DNA from: Pocillopora damicornis
Lineage: Eukaryota
Assembly: GCF_003704095.1 (NCBI RefSeq)
Contig: NW_020846157.1
Coordinates: 62,001 to 126,000, forward strand
Direction: 5' to 3'
DNA: 64,000 nt
Made by a program: the position numbers and the translations under genes. Shown here piece after piece: positions 35,645 through 47,387 of this stretch (positions are counted from its first letter, which is position 1; the number at the start of each line of letters is the position of its first letter). The notes beneath the pieces are model-generated. The model saw nothing but the letters and a program-made list of their open reading frames with translations. It was not told where the DNA came from and ran no database searches.

Positions 35645-36815
35645 ATGTGATTTCTGTGACAAAACACATACACACAACAGATATGCTGTGGGTATTTTAG
35701 TTCATTTAAGTATATTGAACGTATCTGATGTTACTGTTGTTGGGATCAACTTTTATCAATAAAAGTGAAAGCTATTTACCCAATCAAAATTNNNNNNNNN
35801 NNNNNNNNNNNNNNNNNNNNNNNNNNNNNNNNNNNNNNNNNNNNNNNNNNNNNNNNNNNNNNNNNNNNNNNNNNNNNNNNNNNNNNNNNNNNNNNNNNNN
35901 NNNNNNNNNNNNNNNNNNNNNNNNNNNNNNNNNNNNNNNNNNNNNNNNNNNNNNNNNNNNNNNNNNNNNNNNNNNNNNNNNNNNNNNNNNNNNNNNNNNN
36001 NNNNNNNNNNNNNNNNNNNNNNNNNNNNNNNNNNNNNNNNNNNNNNNNNNNNNNNNNNNNNNNNNNNNNNNNNNNNNNNNNNNNNNNNNNNNNNNNNNNN
36101 NNNNNNNNNNNNNNNNNNNNNNNNNNNNNNNNNNNNNNNNNNNNNNNNNNNNNNNNNNNNNNNNNNNNNNNNNNNNNNNNNNNNNNNNNNNNNNNNNNNN
36201 NNNNNNNNNNNNNNNNNNNNNNNNNNNNNNNNNNNNNNNNNNNNNNNNNNNNNNNNNNNNNNNNNNNNNNNNNNNNNNNNNNNNNNNNNNNNNNNNNNNN
36301 NNNNNNNNNNNNNNNNNNNNNNNNNNNNNNNNNNNNNNNNNNNNNNNNNNNNNNNNNNNNNNNNNNNNNNNNNNNNNNNNNNNNNNNNNNNNNNNNNNNN
36401 NNNNNNNNNTCTCGAATGGACACCATGCAAAGGCTCCACGAGTAGGAGTGGACTGGAAAAGAACGAACCTAGTACCATCCCATTTATAAATAAACGAGTC
36501 AATGTTGTAGGAACTTCCAGAGTAGNNNNNNNNNNNNNNNNNNNNNNNNNNNNNNNNNNNNNNNNNNNNNNNNNNNNNNNNNNNNNNNNNNNNNNNNNNN
36601 NNNNNNNNNNNNNNNNNNNNNNNNNGTGGCTTTAGAAAATAAGTGTGCACCTTTTTGTTAACACCATTCTCGTGTAGCTTAATGTGATTATGACGTCGCC
36701 ATTTACTATAAGCAAGTTTGAAATGAAAAAAAGCAGTTGACTGCAAGCGTAGATCAAAACACTGTACCGCAATTATTCAAAAGCGACTGACGAGACTTAG
36801 TTTACCTAATTATCA
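35645..36815 (-). pseudogene. Gap-interrupted inverted copy of the EAR/EPTP-repeat gene unit
   Basis: 36525-36410 encodes YSGSSYNIDSFIYKWDGTRFVLFQSTPTRGAFAWCPFE. Flanks 35645-35790 and 36626-36815 are reverse complements of ~59590-59745 and ~56930-57120. Confidence 0.8.
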
Positions 36816-37136
36816 NNNNNNNNNNNNNNNNNNNNNNNNNNNNNNNNNNNNNNNNNNNNNNNNNNNNNNNNNNNNNNNNNNNNNNNNNNNNNNNNNNNNN
36901 NNNNNNNNNNNNNNNNNNNNNNNNNNNNNNNNNNNNNNNNNNNNNNNNNNNNNNNNNNNNNNNNNNNNNNNNNNNNNNNNNNNNNNNNNNNNNNNNNNNN
37001 NNNNNNNNNNNNNNNNNNNNNNNNNNNNNNNNNNNNNNNNNNNNNNNNNNNNNNNNNNNNNNNNNNNNNNNNNNNNNNNNNNNNNNNNNNNNNNNNNNNN
37101 NNNNNNNNNNNNNNNNNNNNNNNNNNNNNNNNNNNT

Positions 37137-37298
37137 GATTGTGTTATCAGGAATCCAAAACACCAAATTTGTCCCCCAGTAGTTAGAGCTTGCGCAAAAG
37201 AAGTCACTTTCCCCATAGCACACATGAAAACACAGGAAGCTTTCAATGAAGTCTTCATGTTAGCACTACCCAAGGGACAATCGTTTGGTATGGCTTAA
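37137..37298 (+). CDS. C-terminal fragment of a HECT-type (G2E3-like) E3 ubiquitin ligase domain; the rest lies in the gap
   Basis: DCVIRNPKHQICPPVVRACAKEVTFPIAHMKTQEAFNEVFMLALPKGQSFGMA*. The putative catalytic Cys is 35 residues from the end and Phe is at -4, in the pattern P..xC...(L/F)P.H....F...F..AL...FG. Confidence 0.6.
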   Translation, partial: DCVIRNPKHQICPPVVRACAKEVTFPIAHMKTQEAFNEVFMLALPKGQSFGMA

Positions 37299-37868
37299 TG
37301 TTATTTAAAACTTTTTTGGTAAAAATGGTTTTCCGTCAGGGACTATTGCAAAGAGATTTACAGGACAAGCAGATGTTGCTTTCACAACCGTTATGACATT
37401 GTTATAGAGTTTTAAAAAAACCATAAGTTAATGTTAAAGTTATTTCTGAGGCATACAAATGCAGCTGTCTTTGAGATTCCTTATCATACATGTTCATATG
37501 ACCTTATGTCTGTTAGAACAATGTTCTTCAGTACATTTCTTTCATTAACAAGTGTAGCCTCATGTTATGGTTATTGATAACACAAATACAGTTTTCATAC
37601 AGTCTTGGAGATCAATTTGATCAATAAAATAATGACATTAATGTTATATTTTGATCATGAAGTCTTCTTGAGTCACTTTTCTTTAATAATAATTTTTTTT
37701 AACCAAGCATTAACCTTCAATGATTGACTCAATGGCTGATATACTGTACAGTAATGTTAACACCAACTGACAGTTGGTGTAGTTTTGGGACAAAAAACAA
37801 GGCATAACTTGCTTAAAATGAGAAATGTCTAACAATATCTCGAGTGATCTTAGACTGAGTTTTAGCAA

Positions 37869-39454
37869 TTATGCACCATTTACAGCTATGGTTAAAAGTT
37901 TGCGATAAAGTCTCACCACCTCTTGCCAGTCGTTTGGAAGGCTGATTCCGAGGGCATTTCTAGCATAATCAAAGTAGTCTTGATATTCATTAACACTTCT
38001 CTGAATTATGAGCTGAGATACACAGTCAATTTGTGACTGAGGAACATTTAGCAGAAGGTTTCCAACAGCCCCATGAAACTCAGACAAATAGAATAGTGAA
38101 TCAGTCTACCAGGGACAATTTGGTGCCTACTTTTCCTAATTCTGTGGCTGTTCCGGTGTTCTTTAACAATGTCAGGGTTGTTCTGGATAACTGGTGCAAA
38201 ACAGTTCCACAAACATTCCATACTTAATTCAGAAGAAGAGTACAAGACACCCTCAAGTTCCAAATCTTGGAAAAAATTGCGCCACCATGTTGACCTGCTC
38301 CATGAATAAAATGACCACCACCCTTCAATTCTTCGGTTTCTAGGTGATGAGATATAACTGTGGGCATCAGCATCATCATGAAAATAAGACTGCATTAATG
38401 CTGCCAATCCACTTTCAGTGCCAAGATCTGTAATTAGCTGTCTAGGGCACCCTTTCAATTCCTTTACAGTACTTAAGAAGTAAGTGGCAGTGTTGTCTGG
38501 TAAGTTGTTGGACCTGGTAACCTCAAGCCATAATATTTTCCAGCTGAAGCCATCTATGGCCCCATGTATGGGAAACCCAAAGGGCTTCAGTTTGTCATAA
38601 CCATCTATGTGCCAAGTATCATTTGGCCCAAGACAGTGATAAGTCCTCCTCTTCAATCGGTGAGCTTTCCTCAACTGGCAACCTTCTGGATCTACCTCTT
38701 TTAATATATCTTGAACTATTATCTAGGAACATTCAAACCTTCGATCTTTAAGGTGTGCCATCATGTATCCCCCACATGATCCAGGTCCACGGATAATCTC
38801 AAGGGTATGTTTTCTAACTGCCTCTAAAACCTCACCAGAATCATCCGCCTTAAAAAACTACTTCTCTTAAGTCCATATGTCTTTAATTGCCTTAAAAGTG
38901 TTACTTATTTCATGGTCATGACGCTTAGCAAGGAAATGAATGATTTCTTCATAGCTAAAACCGCGTTGAAAATAATATTTGATGACGGTCTCTTCATCAA
39001 TTTCCACCTCAACTTCATTGCTAGAGTCTTTATCCTCACCTGAATCTTCTAGCCTTAGGTCCTTAAAAATATAGGGATGAACACAGGCCACTTTTTCTAC
39101 CTCTTAACATGTACAATACAACACAATACAATACAAAGAGAATCAAAGAGAAAAAAATATAATCGACTGACTGTTTGCAAGCGTACAGTATTTTCCACCT
39201 TTTGAAAAATCCTTAATTTATCCAGGCACATACATTATGAATGCTTTCTTTTTACACACAGGCTACATGCACAATCTTATTCCAGACATGTGCTAATCAG
39301 CTAATCCGTGGCAGTGTCTTCTCACGCCTATCGTTATTTGGAACAAAAAGAAATTCAAAAACGAACAATTTAAATTAAGAAACGTACCTTTACCACAGCT
39401 TTTGCAAAAGTTTGCATCTTCGTCAACTTCCGAACCACGCGCGGAGCAAAACAT
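37869..39454 (-). pseudogene. Frameshifted integrase-core (rve-like) DDE transposase with N-terminal zinc-ribbon exon and Clr5-like helical domain
   Basis: Exon1 39454-39388 is MFCSARGSEVDEDANFCKSCGK (donor g|gtacgt), followed by IKYYFQRGFSYEEIIHFLAKRHDHEIS. Catalytic core: GPNDTWHIDGYDKLKPFGFPIHGAIDGFSWKILWL...TDLGTE...NRRIEGWW. End: LPNDWQEVVRLYRKLL. Several frameshifts and stops. Confidence 0.85.
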
Positions 39455-39728
39455 CGTGAGCTCGAAAAATGGCGGTTTTTTGAGCGAGCGGTGTGTTACT
39501 GTTACACGACATACCATTTCAGATGCCAATATCAACCGCTGACCAACCGCTGACCAACCGCTGACCAACCGCTGACCAACCACTGACCAACTCGCTTTCT
39601 TTATTTTGCCGTGAGTTAATTTTGTTTTGCTGTAAGTGAATTTTGTTTTGCCGTGACAGTTGTGGGCCACCGTCGGACAAGAAATACATTTTTAAGCAAA
39701 AAACTCGATAAATAAACCATAAAGAAAC

Positions 39729-40711
39729 CTAATATGACATGTAACTTGTGTTAGGGACGGAAGCACATGTAGCTCAACAGAAATAGAGGTGAGAATACTT
39801 TTAATGATTGATTCATTACATCTACAGCACAAATGTTCAGCAATATTTCTCTCCTTTCCTTTCCTATACCTCGCTTCCTTTTCTTAGTTTGAATCTGAAA
39901 ATGAATATTTATAGAGTATACAGTTGTATTTACTTTTTCTACTTATCTATCTTGTTTGATAATTAGCCTCTACCAAAGAAATTTATCAGGTTGTCAACAC
40001 ATGTCACCATTGGATTGCTTCAGAAGTTCTTAGCTTGGAGACTACACTTGGGCTCTGAAGACATAATGAGAAGAATTCTGATTTAAGACATCAGAATTTT
40101 ATTTGTTGCTAAACTGCTGGTATTTACTACTAGTACAGATAACAATGAAGGCAAAACAGACTATAATTTTACTTGTACATGTAGTTGAAATGGTACTGAA
40201 TATACTAACCTGGCAGGAATAAATGCAACTTTGTAATTTTGTCCTTTCAGGTGGGCATCCTTTATGATAAAACAGAAATGGGAAGGGATCTTACACTGAA
40301 GTACATCAGTGATAATCTCTGTCCTCCGAAGGTAATTGCTGGTCTGATTCTCCAATATCATCTATAAAACAAAGCGGGTCAAACAGCCATGCATAGGTAC
40401 ATGTACCTGACGATACCATCCACCTTACTGCAGTAATAAAGAGGGTCTGCTTGGGTACTTATAAGGGATTACCCCTCAATATCCATTCTCCTGTACTTCC
40501 TTATAATTGCTGATCTTGTTGCTAGTTTTTAAGTTTCTTATAACATTTTCCTGTTTTAGGAACACTCCGCGCCCTTGATTCTACATCACAGAGCTATGGA
40601 TGTAAGCTTTACAAGATGACCAACTGTATGGTCAACTCAAAATTGATTGTTGTTTAGTGTTTTAGTAACGTTTTAGTAATACATGTTTTGTAAAGCTTAA
40701 TAACACTCCTG
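39729..40711 (+). pseudogene. Inverted, decayed duplicate of the last three PCGF (RAWUL) exons
   Basis: 39729-40100 is the reverse complement of 40812-41210. Exons: 39967-40065 ([33 protein letters not shown]; donor mutated GT>AT and polypyrimidine tract deleted), 40251-40331 (VGILYDKTEMGRDLTLKYISDNLCPPK), 40560-40619 (EHSAPLILHHRAMDVSFTR*). Confidence 0.8.
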
Positions 40712-40847
40712 NNNNNNNNNNNNNNNNNNNNNNNNNNNNNNNNNNNNNNNNNNNNNNNNNNNNNNNNNNNNNNNNNNNNNNNNNNNNNNNNNNNNNNNNN
40801 NNNNNNNNNNNTAAAATTCTGATGTCTTAATACAGAACTCTTCTCAC

Positions 40848-43807
40848 CATGTTTTCAGAGTCCAAGTGTAGTTTCCAAGCCAAGAACTTCTGAAGCAATC
40901 CAATGGTGACGTGTGTTGACAACCTGATAAATTTCTTTGGTAGAGGCTAAAAAGTAGAGAGTACGAGTACCAGCAATTATCAAACATGATAGACAAGTAG
41001 AAAAAGTAAATACAACTGTATACTCTATAAATATTCATTTTCAGATTCAAACTAAGAAGAGGAAGCTAGGCATAGAAAAGGAAAGGAGAGCAATAACGTT
41101 ATGCATTTGTGCTGTAGATATAATGAATCAATCATTCAAAGTATTCTCACCTCTATTTCTGTTGAGCTACACATGCTTCCATCCCTAACACAAGTTACAT
41201 GTCATATTAGCATTCAAATAAAAGCTAACTCTCCTAAGTAATGATATCAACATAATTAATTCTATGTCAGCCAACCAGTAATCATTGCTTTGGTGTTTTC
41301 AATATCCAACAAAAATCCCTTGGTTGACAGTAAATATTCTTCCTCGTCATGACCTGTCTGTTTGACACAGTGTTCAGAATTCTGATATCCTACGTCAATA
41401 TACTGTGAGCTACAGAAACAAGGAAATTTATTTTATTGAAAAATAATTTGGGGGGTTAGCGGCACTTTAAAATTATAATTTCAGGTAAGAATACAATTTT
41501 TGAAGACTGTCAGTAATGTAAATGATGTTAGCAATACAGCAAAAAGATGTTCACTTCTCAGACTCCCTCAACTACACCTTTAAGTATTTAACTCAGCCCA
41601 CTATCCTCATTCCAAATTAACCACTTGGCAGCACTCCACTTTCTTGTAACTCTCAGTAATTACTAGTGTAGAATCACTATTAAAATTGTTTAGTTTTGGT
41701 TTAGTGGTGGAGATAGGTTTGAGAAGATAGGGACAGGCTTGGCAGAGCATTCACAGAACCTTTTCATCTTTCCCCTTCCCTTTGTCAAGCCTCTTCTGTA
41801 AACAAAAGAATGAAATATTTTTTCTTTTATCAAAGAAATTAACTGCCTTCAATTCAACTGACCGGTATGTCTCAAGTTGAAGGGAGATTTGCTCATCTGT
41901 TCTGTGATAACTTTTGACTTTTGTAGTTTTACTTGTTTTAGATGCTGCTCCCTTATATTTCTTTGTTGCTTTTAATGGCCTTGAGCCTGCACTTGTAGGT
42001 GTTTGGCTACCTAGAACTAGAAAAAACACAATAACAAGAGAGACAATCTCCTATACATGTTACTTCATGTTTGAGCCCACCTCATTACTGTTTCCAGGCT
42101 GACCTCTTTCTTAAATAATCACCAGGTATACGAAGTCACTAGAGATTCTCTTAAAAGATTTTGTTACAGGTAAAGAGCACTTAATGTTGCAAAAAAAATA
42201 TCTGAGACAACAAATGATGGAACATGAGCATTAAAAAGTTTATGTGCATGTACATGTATCACTATTCGTTTGATTAAAAGCACAATTCTTTACCTTTAGG
42301 GTCTGGATAAGGCATTCCTCTGTCTTTGTAAAACTTTCGCTCTCTGCGTTTTTCCTCTGTAACAAAAATTGCACTCAACAACTTAGAGGATATTAAAAAA
42401 TCCATAGAATATTACAATAGTTACATCTAATTGTGCAATTTTGTATACGCACCCTTCTCTACTTTTGGAAGAAGTTTGTAAACAATGTCTTGCATGGTTC
42501 TGTCAAGCCTATCATTGGAGAAAAATATTTATTATCCCTTGGCTTAATTTTATCAACACCCAAATTATAACTAACAGCTAAACATAAAAACTTTACAGAT
42601 GAAGGAAATGTTGGGTGAATCAAAATCCTCAAGTAAATAGTCAATAGCTTTAATAACTGACAACAAAAACACACTTTGTTGCATCCATAAAATATTTTAA
42701 AATATTTACAACAATTCAAATTAAATGGATACAGGAAACCAGCTCCCTGAACAACTAAAAGGTTTAAGAGGTCAGCTTTCCTTTTCTCTTTATAATCCTT
42801 GTTTGGTATACATGAAAGACTAATGTAGGTTTTACATGTGTTGTATATCAGGTCATAGAAGATGACCACATCACACACAACATACTTATGATATCACACA
42901 CATATACTGTATGGATTCTGAAGTACACTAAACATACTCTGACAATTTAAGAAAAAAAAAATCTTTTTTTCAAAGTGACACTACTGAGTGAGTTAATAAT
43001 CTGTTAATCCTTTATATGACTTTCATATAAAATGCTTTTTCTCATTTTGTTTTAAATTTAACTATATCAGCACATCAAAGATTATCTGGTTGTACCTGAT
43101 GTTGTAGAGTGGCTGTGATTCATGAATTTGATTGTTACATGTTGGACATCGATTCACAAGTTCAATATGTCTTACCAAGCAGCTCTTGCAAACTAAATTT
43201 TATGGGAAAAAAAAAAACTTTCATTGAAGAGAGAAGTCCAATTTTTTCAGGGCATAGAAGCCAAAGCTGGCAAATTTGGTTGCCAGGATTTTAAACTTAA
43301 GTGAACAATCCTTTACTTTACTGATATGCTTCCACTGCTTATGCATCAAGACTCCCAAATCCTGCTTATATTGAACCTTTAGCACCAAGATCATGTAAAA
43401 GTAATGAAAATAATTTCTCATCCTCACAAGTTTTTAAAAACACAATATAGCGTAAAGCCACAGTACGCTGTGGCTTTAAAAAAAGCTTTGCCAAATGTTG
43501 ATGGTAAATTCACCTTTCAACTCCTTGGAGAAATTACTTACTAACTTCTCCTAACAATATCAATACATCATATTAAGAAAAATCTGATGAGGATAGAGAA
43601 ACTTGAGAAGAATAATTTGCATCTAAATATAAATAAATTCTCCAAATCAAGTTATGAGGAAATTTCTGCAGTGGAAGCTAGAAAAGGAGTTAATTTTGAT
43701 ATCTTTGGACCTCGCTAAGATTACAAAATTAATATTATTAATAGTTATACATTGGTAATCTTACATAAAGGTATACAGTCATATTCTTATATATATATCT
43801 CTCATAA

Positions 43808-43852
<45 letters not shown>

Positions 43853-44871
43853 CTAGTACAATCTACTTACAAGTGTGCAAACATTCTGTGATAGTTGCTG
43901 CATCAATAAGATATCCATTGCATAATTTGCAGATGATGTGCTCATTCAGTGCAGTCACTGGTAACTTGATGCGCTTCTACAGAGATACAAGAATTATCAG
44001 GTTTAAAGTACTAGAACACAGACATAGGGCTCAGGGTCAAGAATTATGTTTGTTTTCACTGCAATCAGGATTCCCCAATTGTTTTACAGACAAAAAAGGT
44101 GGCCAATAAAACAGGGCATTACTGTCTTACTTTTAAAGCATTTCATTTGCTGAAAATTGGAAATTGAAAATTGACATCTTGATACTGAAATGAGTTGCCA
44201 AGCAAGCTTATGTTTGTTTTCACTGCGATCAGGATTCCTCAATAGTTTTGCAGACAAAAAAGATGCCAATAAAACAGGGCATTACTGTCTTACTTTTAAA
44301 GCATTTCATTTGCTGAAAATTGGAAATGACATCTTAATACTGAAATAAGTTGCCAAGCAAGCTTCGAAATTGACTCTCGGTCTCTGTTCGCCCTTTGTGT
44401 GCACTTTGTTCATGTATATTTATTCATGTGTTTCTTCCAGTATCTTTGTTGGTTGGTTGAAAAAAAGACTAGTTTGTGCAGCATGTGTGGTTTAGCTCGA
44501 GGAGATGACAGCCTTAACACACATATGCCAGATGTATATCAGCTATCGATGCGTTCAGTGTTGATCTCCTTAACAGTATCGCCAGTATATGGAGTATCTT
44601 GGTTTATTGACACAATTTGAAACCGCTACTTCAATGCACAAGGCCTCTCAAGGTTACGTCTGGTTTACAAGAAACCTTGAGTGATCCGTTACGTGCGTTC
44701 GTATAAATCAAGACTAATCAATAATGCTTTTGAATCGCGAGCTGCCCACAGATTTAACATATCTCGATGAGCCTGGCCTCACTCATGGGAAGAGCCCACA
44801 CTATTAAGTTTAAATGTTTTGTACAACACTACGTCGATTTCTGTATCAATCCAACACTCCCCTACCTGCAT
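40848..44871 (-). CDS. PCGF6: Polycomb group RING finger protein (PCGF family, non-canonical PRC1; most like PCGF6, with a PCGF3-like YHRxDEQ); last two exons missing, presumably in the 40712-40811 gap
   Basis: Exons: 44871-44866 (MQ, tentative); 43976-43871 ([35 protein letters not shown]); 43192-43096 ([33 protein letters not shown]); 42508-42453 ([18 protein letters not shown]); 42356-42294 ([21 protein letters not shown]); 42010-41863 (..[16 protein letters not shown]); 41795-41760; 41409-41394; 40946-40848 ([33 protein letters not shown]). C3HC4 RING plus RAWUL. The family call is strong; the paralogue assignment is less certain. Confidence 0.88.
43812..43848. repeat. (TA)n microsatellite in a PCGF intron
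   Basis: tatatatatatatatata run. Confidence 0.95.
44044..44362. repeat. Tandem direct duplication of a ~160-bp unit in PCGF intron 1
   Basis: ttatgtttgttttcactgc...gttgccaagcaagc occurs twice in succession (44044-44207 and 44208-44362). Confidence 0.9.
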
Positions 44872-47245
44872 TGAGGAGGATTTTCAGCTCACACCTTCCG
44901 CGAACACATGTAACTCGGTATACCTCGTTCTGGAGCTGAGCCTCGATTGCATCCAAAGCGCTTGCGAAGTGTGCGCTGCGTCCGCCCTCTGCTTACTCGG
45001 TACATTTACTAATTAAGCAACCACAATTTCAAGTAACACCTTTTCAGTTTTCCAAAAATTCCTGTCTTTCTCAGTCAACTCAGGATATTCAATATTAGCA
45101 AACGACAACTTTCTTTTTATATCAACTATCCCATTTGTGAAAATTTCGCAAAATAATGTAAAGCAAGGAAAATTCTCTCTACGGACACTTTCCTTTCACA
45201 GATCAAAATATTACTTTTTTCGACTACAGTAATTAAAAATTTACTGAAGACCAAACAAATCACCTTCACTGATAGGGGTCAAAGTCCTATTCATCAGATT
45301 ACTGTACAATATAACGATGTTTTAAGCAGATACAAGAAGTTAATTCAGTCGTTCAGTTAGCATATTACAATCCATAAACTACAAATTCTTATTAAGCATT
45401 GCAAACGTCAGTGATGACAAAAGCTTTTGAACATCCTGAATTTTCCAGTTATGAGGCAAAATAAACAGAGCAGGAAAGTCCCTCTCTTTATGTTGACTTA
45501 TTCGTCTGCCATTTCATATCGGAGAGCGCAGAGTGGGAATGTTTCGTTTATTCTTTGTGTTAGCTCTTGCCTTGAGTTCCTTCGCAAAATCACAGAACAA
45601 ATCTACTAGCCAGGTAATCAAATTAATAACCTGGTTTAAAGAGATTGTATTCGCATCGAAATTTGAGTGAAAGCATGAGAATTTCGCGTTTTTTCTAGCG
45701 TGTGATTTTCTAAATAACCCCTAAATTTGATAACAAACAAACTTGAACTGAAAATGTCCACTTCTCGTTTGTCACGAAAAAAACTCAACAGAGCCATGGA
45801 ACAGCGACAATATCAAATTACTGGGTGTGAATAACTGAAACTTTTGTTGAATAATGAAATCTTTTTGGAAACGAAGGCATATGTGAAATGTGAAATATTA
45901 ACAAAATTGAAATTAAAAAATCACTTGTTGCTGTTGGTGTTTTTCTGCATTTTCACATTTTGAACTGATCTCCAATGTTTTCAATATAGGATGAAATGGA
46001 CGCGATGGGACAGTTGGAGCAGATATTATTTTTTTAAACCAAAAAGGTGACGTTCTGATCATTGAAGAAATGACACTGAATCCATATTCTAGGAATACAT
46101 ATGGGTAGAGCTTCTAATGACGTACCTCTTCATACTAGTCGTGCACTCATAAGTACTTCCATGAAATTGTTGTCATGGTTACTGAGAAGTTACTTCAATT
46201 CATTTCATAAAAAATCATGATTATCCAGGAAGAGAAAGGTGAACCAGATATGCATGGCGTGGATGGAAATGCTGGCGTCAAGGTTGGTAGAGTTCATTTT
46301 AAAAAGATCTAACCTAAGTGTGTGATAATCTTTTTTCTTTAGGGGCAAAAAAAAAAACTGATTTTAAGGGTTAATATTTCTCTGGCTTTGATCTGAATAA
46401 TACTTTACCTGTTACCAATCATTTGGTTGGAATAATTAAATCGTGATAAAATTGCAAAGGGGAGCATTTCATCATTCCGAACTGTAAGAGTTCCCTTGCT
46501 TCTTATTTTTCCCGTAATGGAGATTTATCTGATTTTGACACTTTCAATGAAAAGTGTTATGATAGTTCTGGTTCCAAAGTAAGTTCTATCACTCAGTGAA
46601 TTTAGAACCAGACAAAAACTGCGACATTAGTTAAGATGGATAATTATTCAACAGGTAGAAAATCATCACTTAAAGGTCTAACGGTCCCTGTGTCGAGTAC
46701 TGTCATCTAATAACGAGTACTGGTTTGTTTTCTTTTGGAATCATTGTCTTGTAGTCTTTGACATACCCAGGCATGACACAATAATAATATCAGAGTTTTA
46801 AATGATTCCTTCCAGGAAAAGAGGATGTTGAAAAGTTGGAAAGAATATATAATCACTGGTTTTGTGCACATAGTAAAACACCCTTTTTAATTCAAGATCG
46901 TCGTCCCAAGTGCATACAGAATATTGTATCAACTTTAACAATTTTTATGGAGAACACAAGAAAAGGTTGAATACCACTAGCTGGAGGCAAGTGATTTACA
47001 AACTTTTTAAGTGGTTTTCGTTGCCAGGTAAATGAAATTATCAATAACCTTCTTAATGAGATCCTGTTTGTCATTTTATTGAAGTTAAACGTGGCAACTA
47101 TTCCTTCTCGGAAATTAGTTTGGGTAAATTTATTCGAGAGTCCTTAAGTTCTTTCACTGTTACCGTACAGCAAGAAATACTGATAGGCTTGAAACGGCTC
47201 GACAAGTTAGTTACTTTGCGTTTTTATAGAAATTTGGAAAATATA

Positions 47246-47387
47246 CACTTAATGTAGGTTCCCTAGAGAAACAGTTAGTTTTGTTTTCCCGAGAGTCCTG
47301 ATGTTTCTCGAGGCTAAGTCACGGGAAACATCAGGACTCGAGGGAAAACAAAACTAACTAGTTTTCCGAGGAACCATACATTAAGTG
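47246..47387. mobile_element. Near-perfect ~140-bp hairpin repeat (non-autonomous element core)
   Basis: cacttaatgtaggttccctagagaaacagttagttttgttttcccgagagtcctgatgtttc paired with gaaacatcaggactcgagggaaaacaaaactaactagttttccgaggaaccatacattaagtg. Confidence 0.75.

Larger units (their letters stand above)
37136..39674 (-). mobile_element. IS3EU-like DDE DNA transposon (degenerate); left end in the gap
   Basis: Transposase pseudogene. Terminus (minus strand) GACGGTGGCCCACAACTGTCACGGC resembles the TAYGG-type IS3EU end. Three ~22-bp subterminal repeats at 39600-39657 and an 11-bp tandem (caaccgctgac)x4-5 at 39533-39591. Confidence 0.7.

Noticed and set aside
35728-37273. Long ORFs made mostly of X (also at 11636, 30182, 31451, 51791, 53182, 54637, 55008)
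   Set aside because: Artefacts of translating N-gaps. Only the EAR fragment and the plus-strand HECT-like tail are supportable.
39533-39657. Short regular repeats that could suggest a CRISPR-like array
   Set aside because: No unique spacers, eukaryotic context and no cas genes. They are transposon subterminal/tandem repeats. The same applies to 57497-57610 and 49716-49797.
37275-39680. GGACAA at 37275-37280 and 39675-39680 as a 6-bp target-site duplication
   Set aside because: The left copy lies inside the HECT-like coding frame and is not followed by a matching inverted terminus, so it is likely coincidence.
40161-40560. Minus-strand exon-like segments and a 66-aa ORF
   Set aside because: The meaningful frames are on the plus strand (PCGF RAWUL exons). 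The minus-strand reading has stops and no homology.
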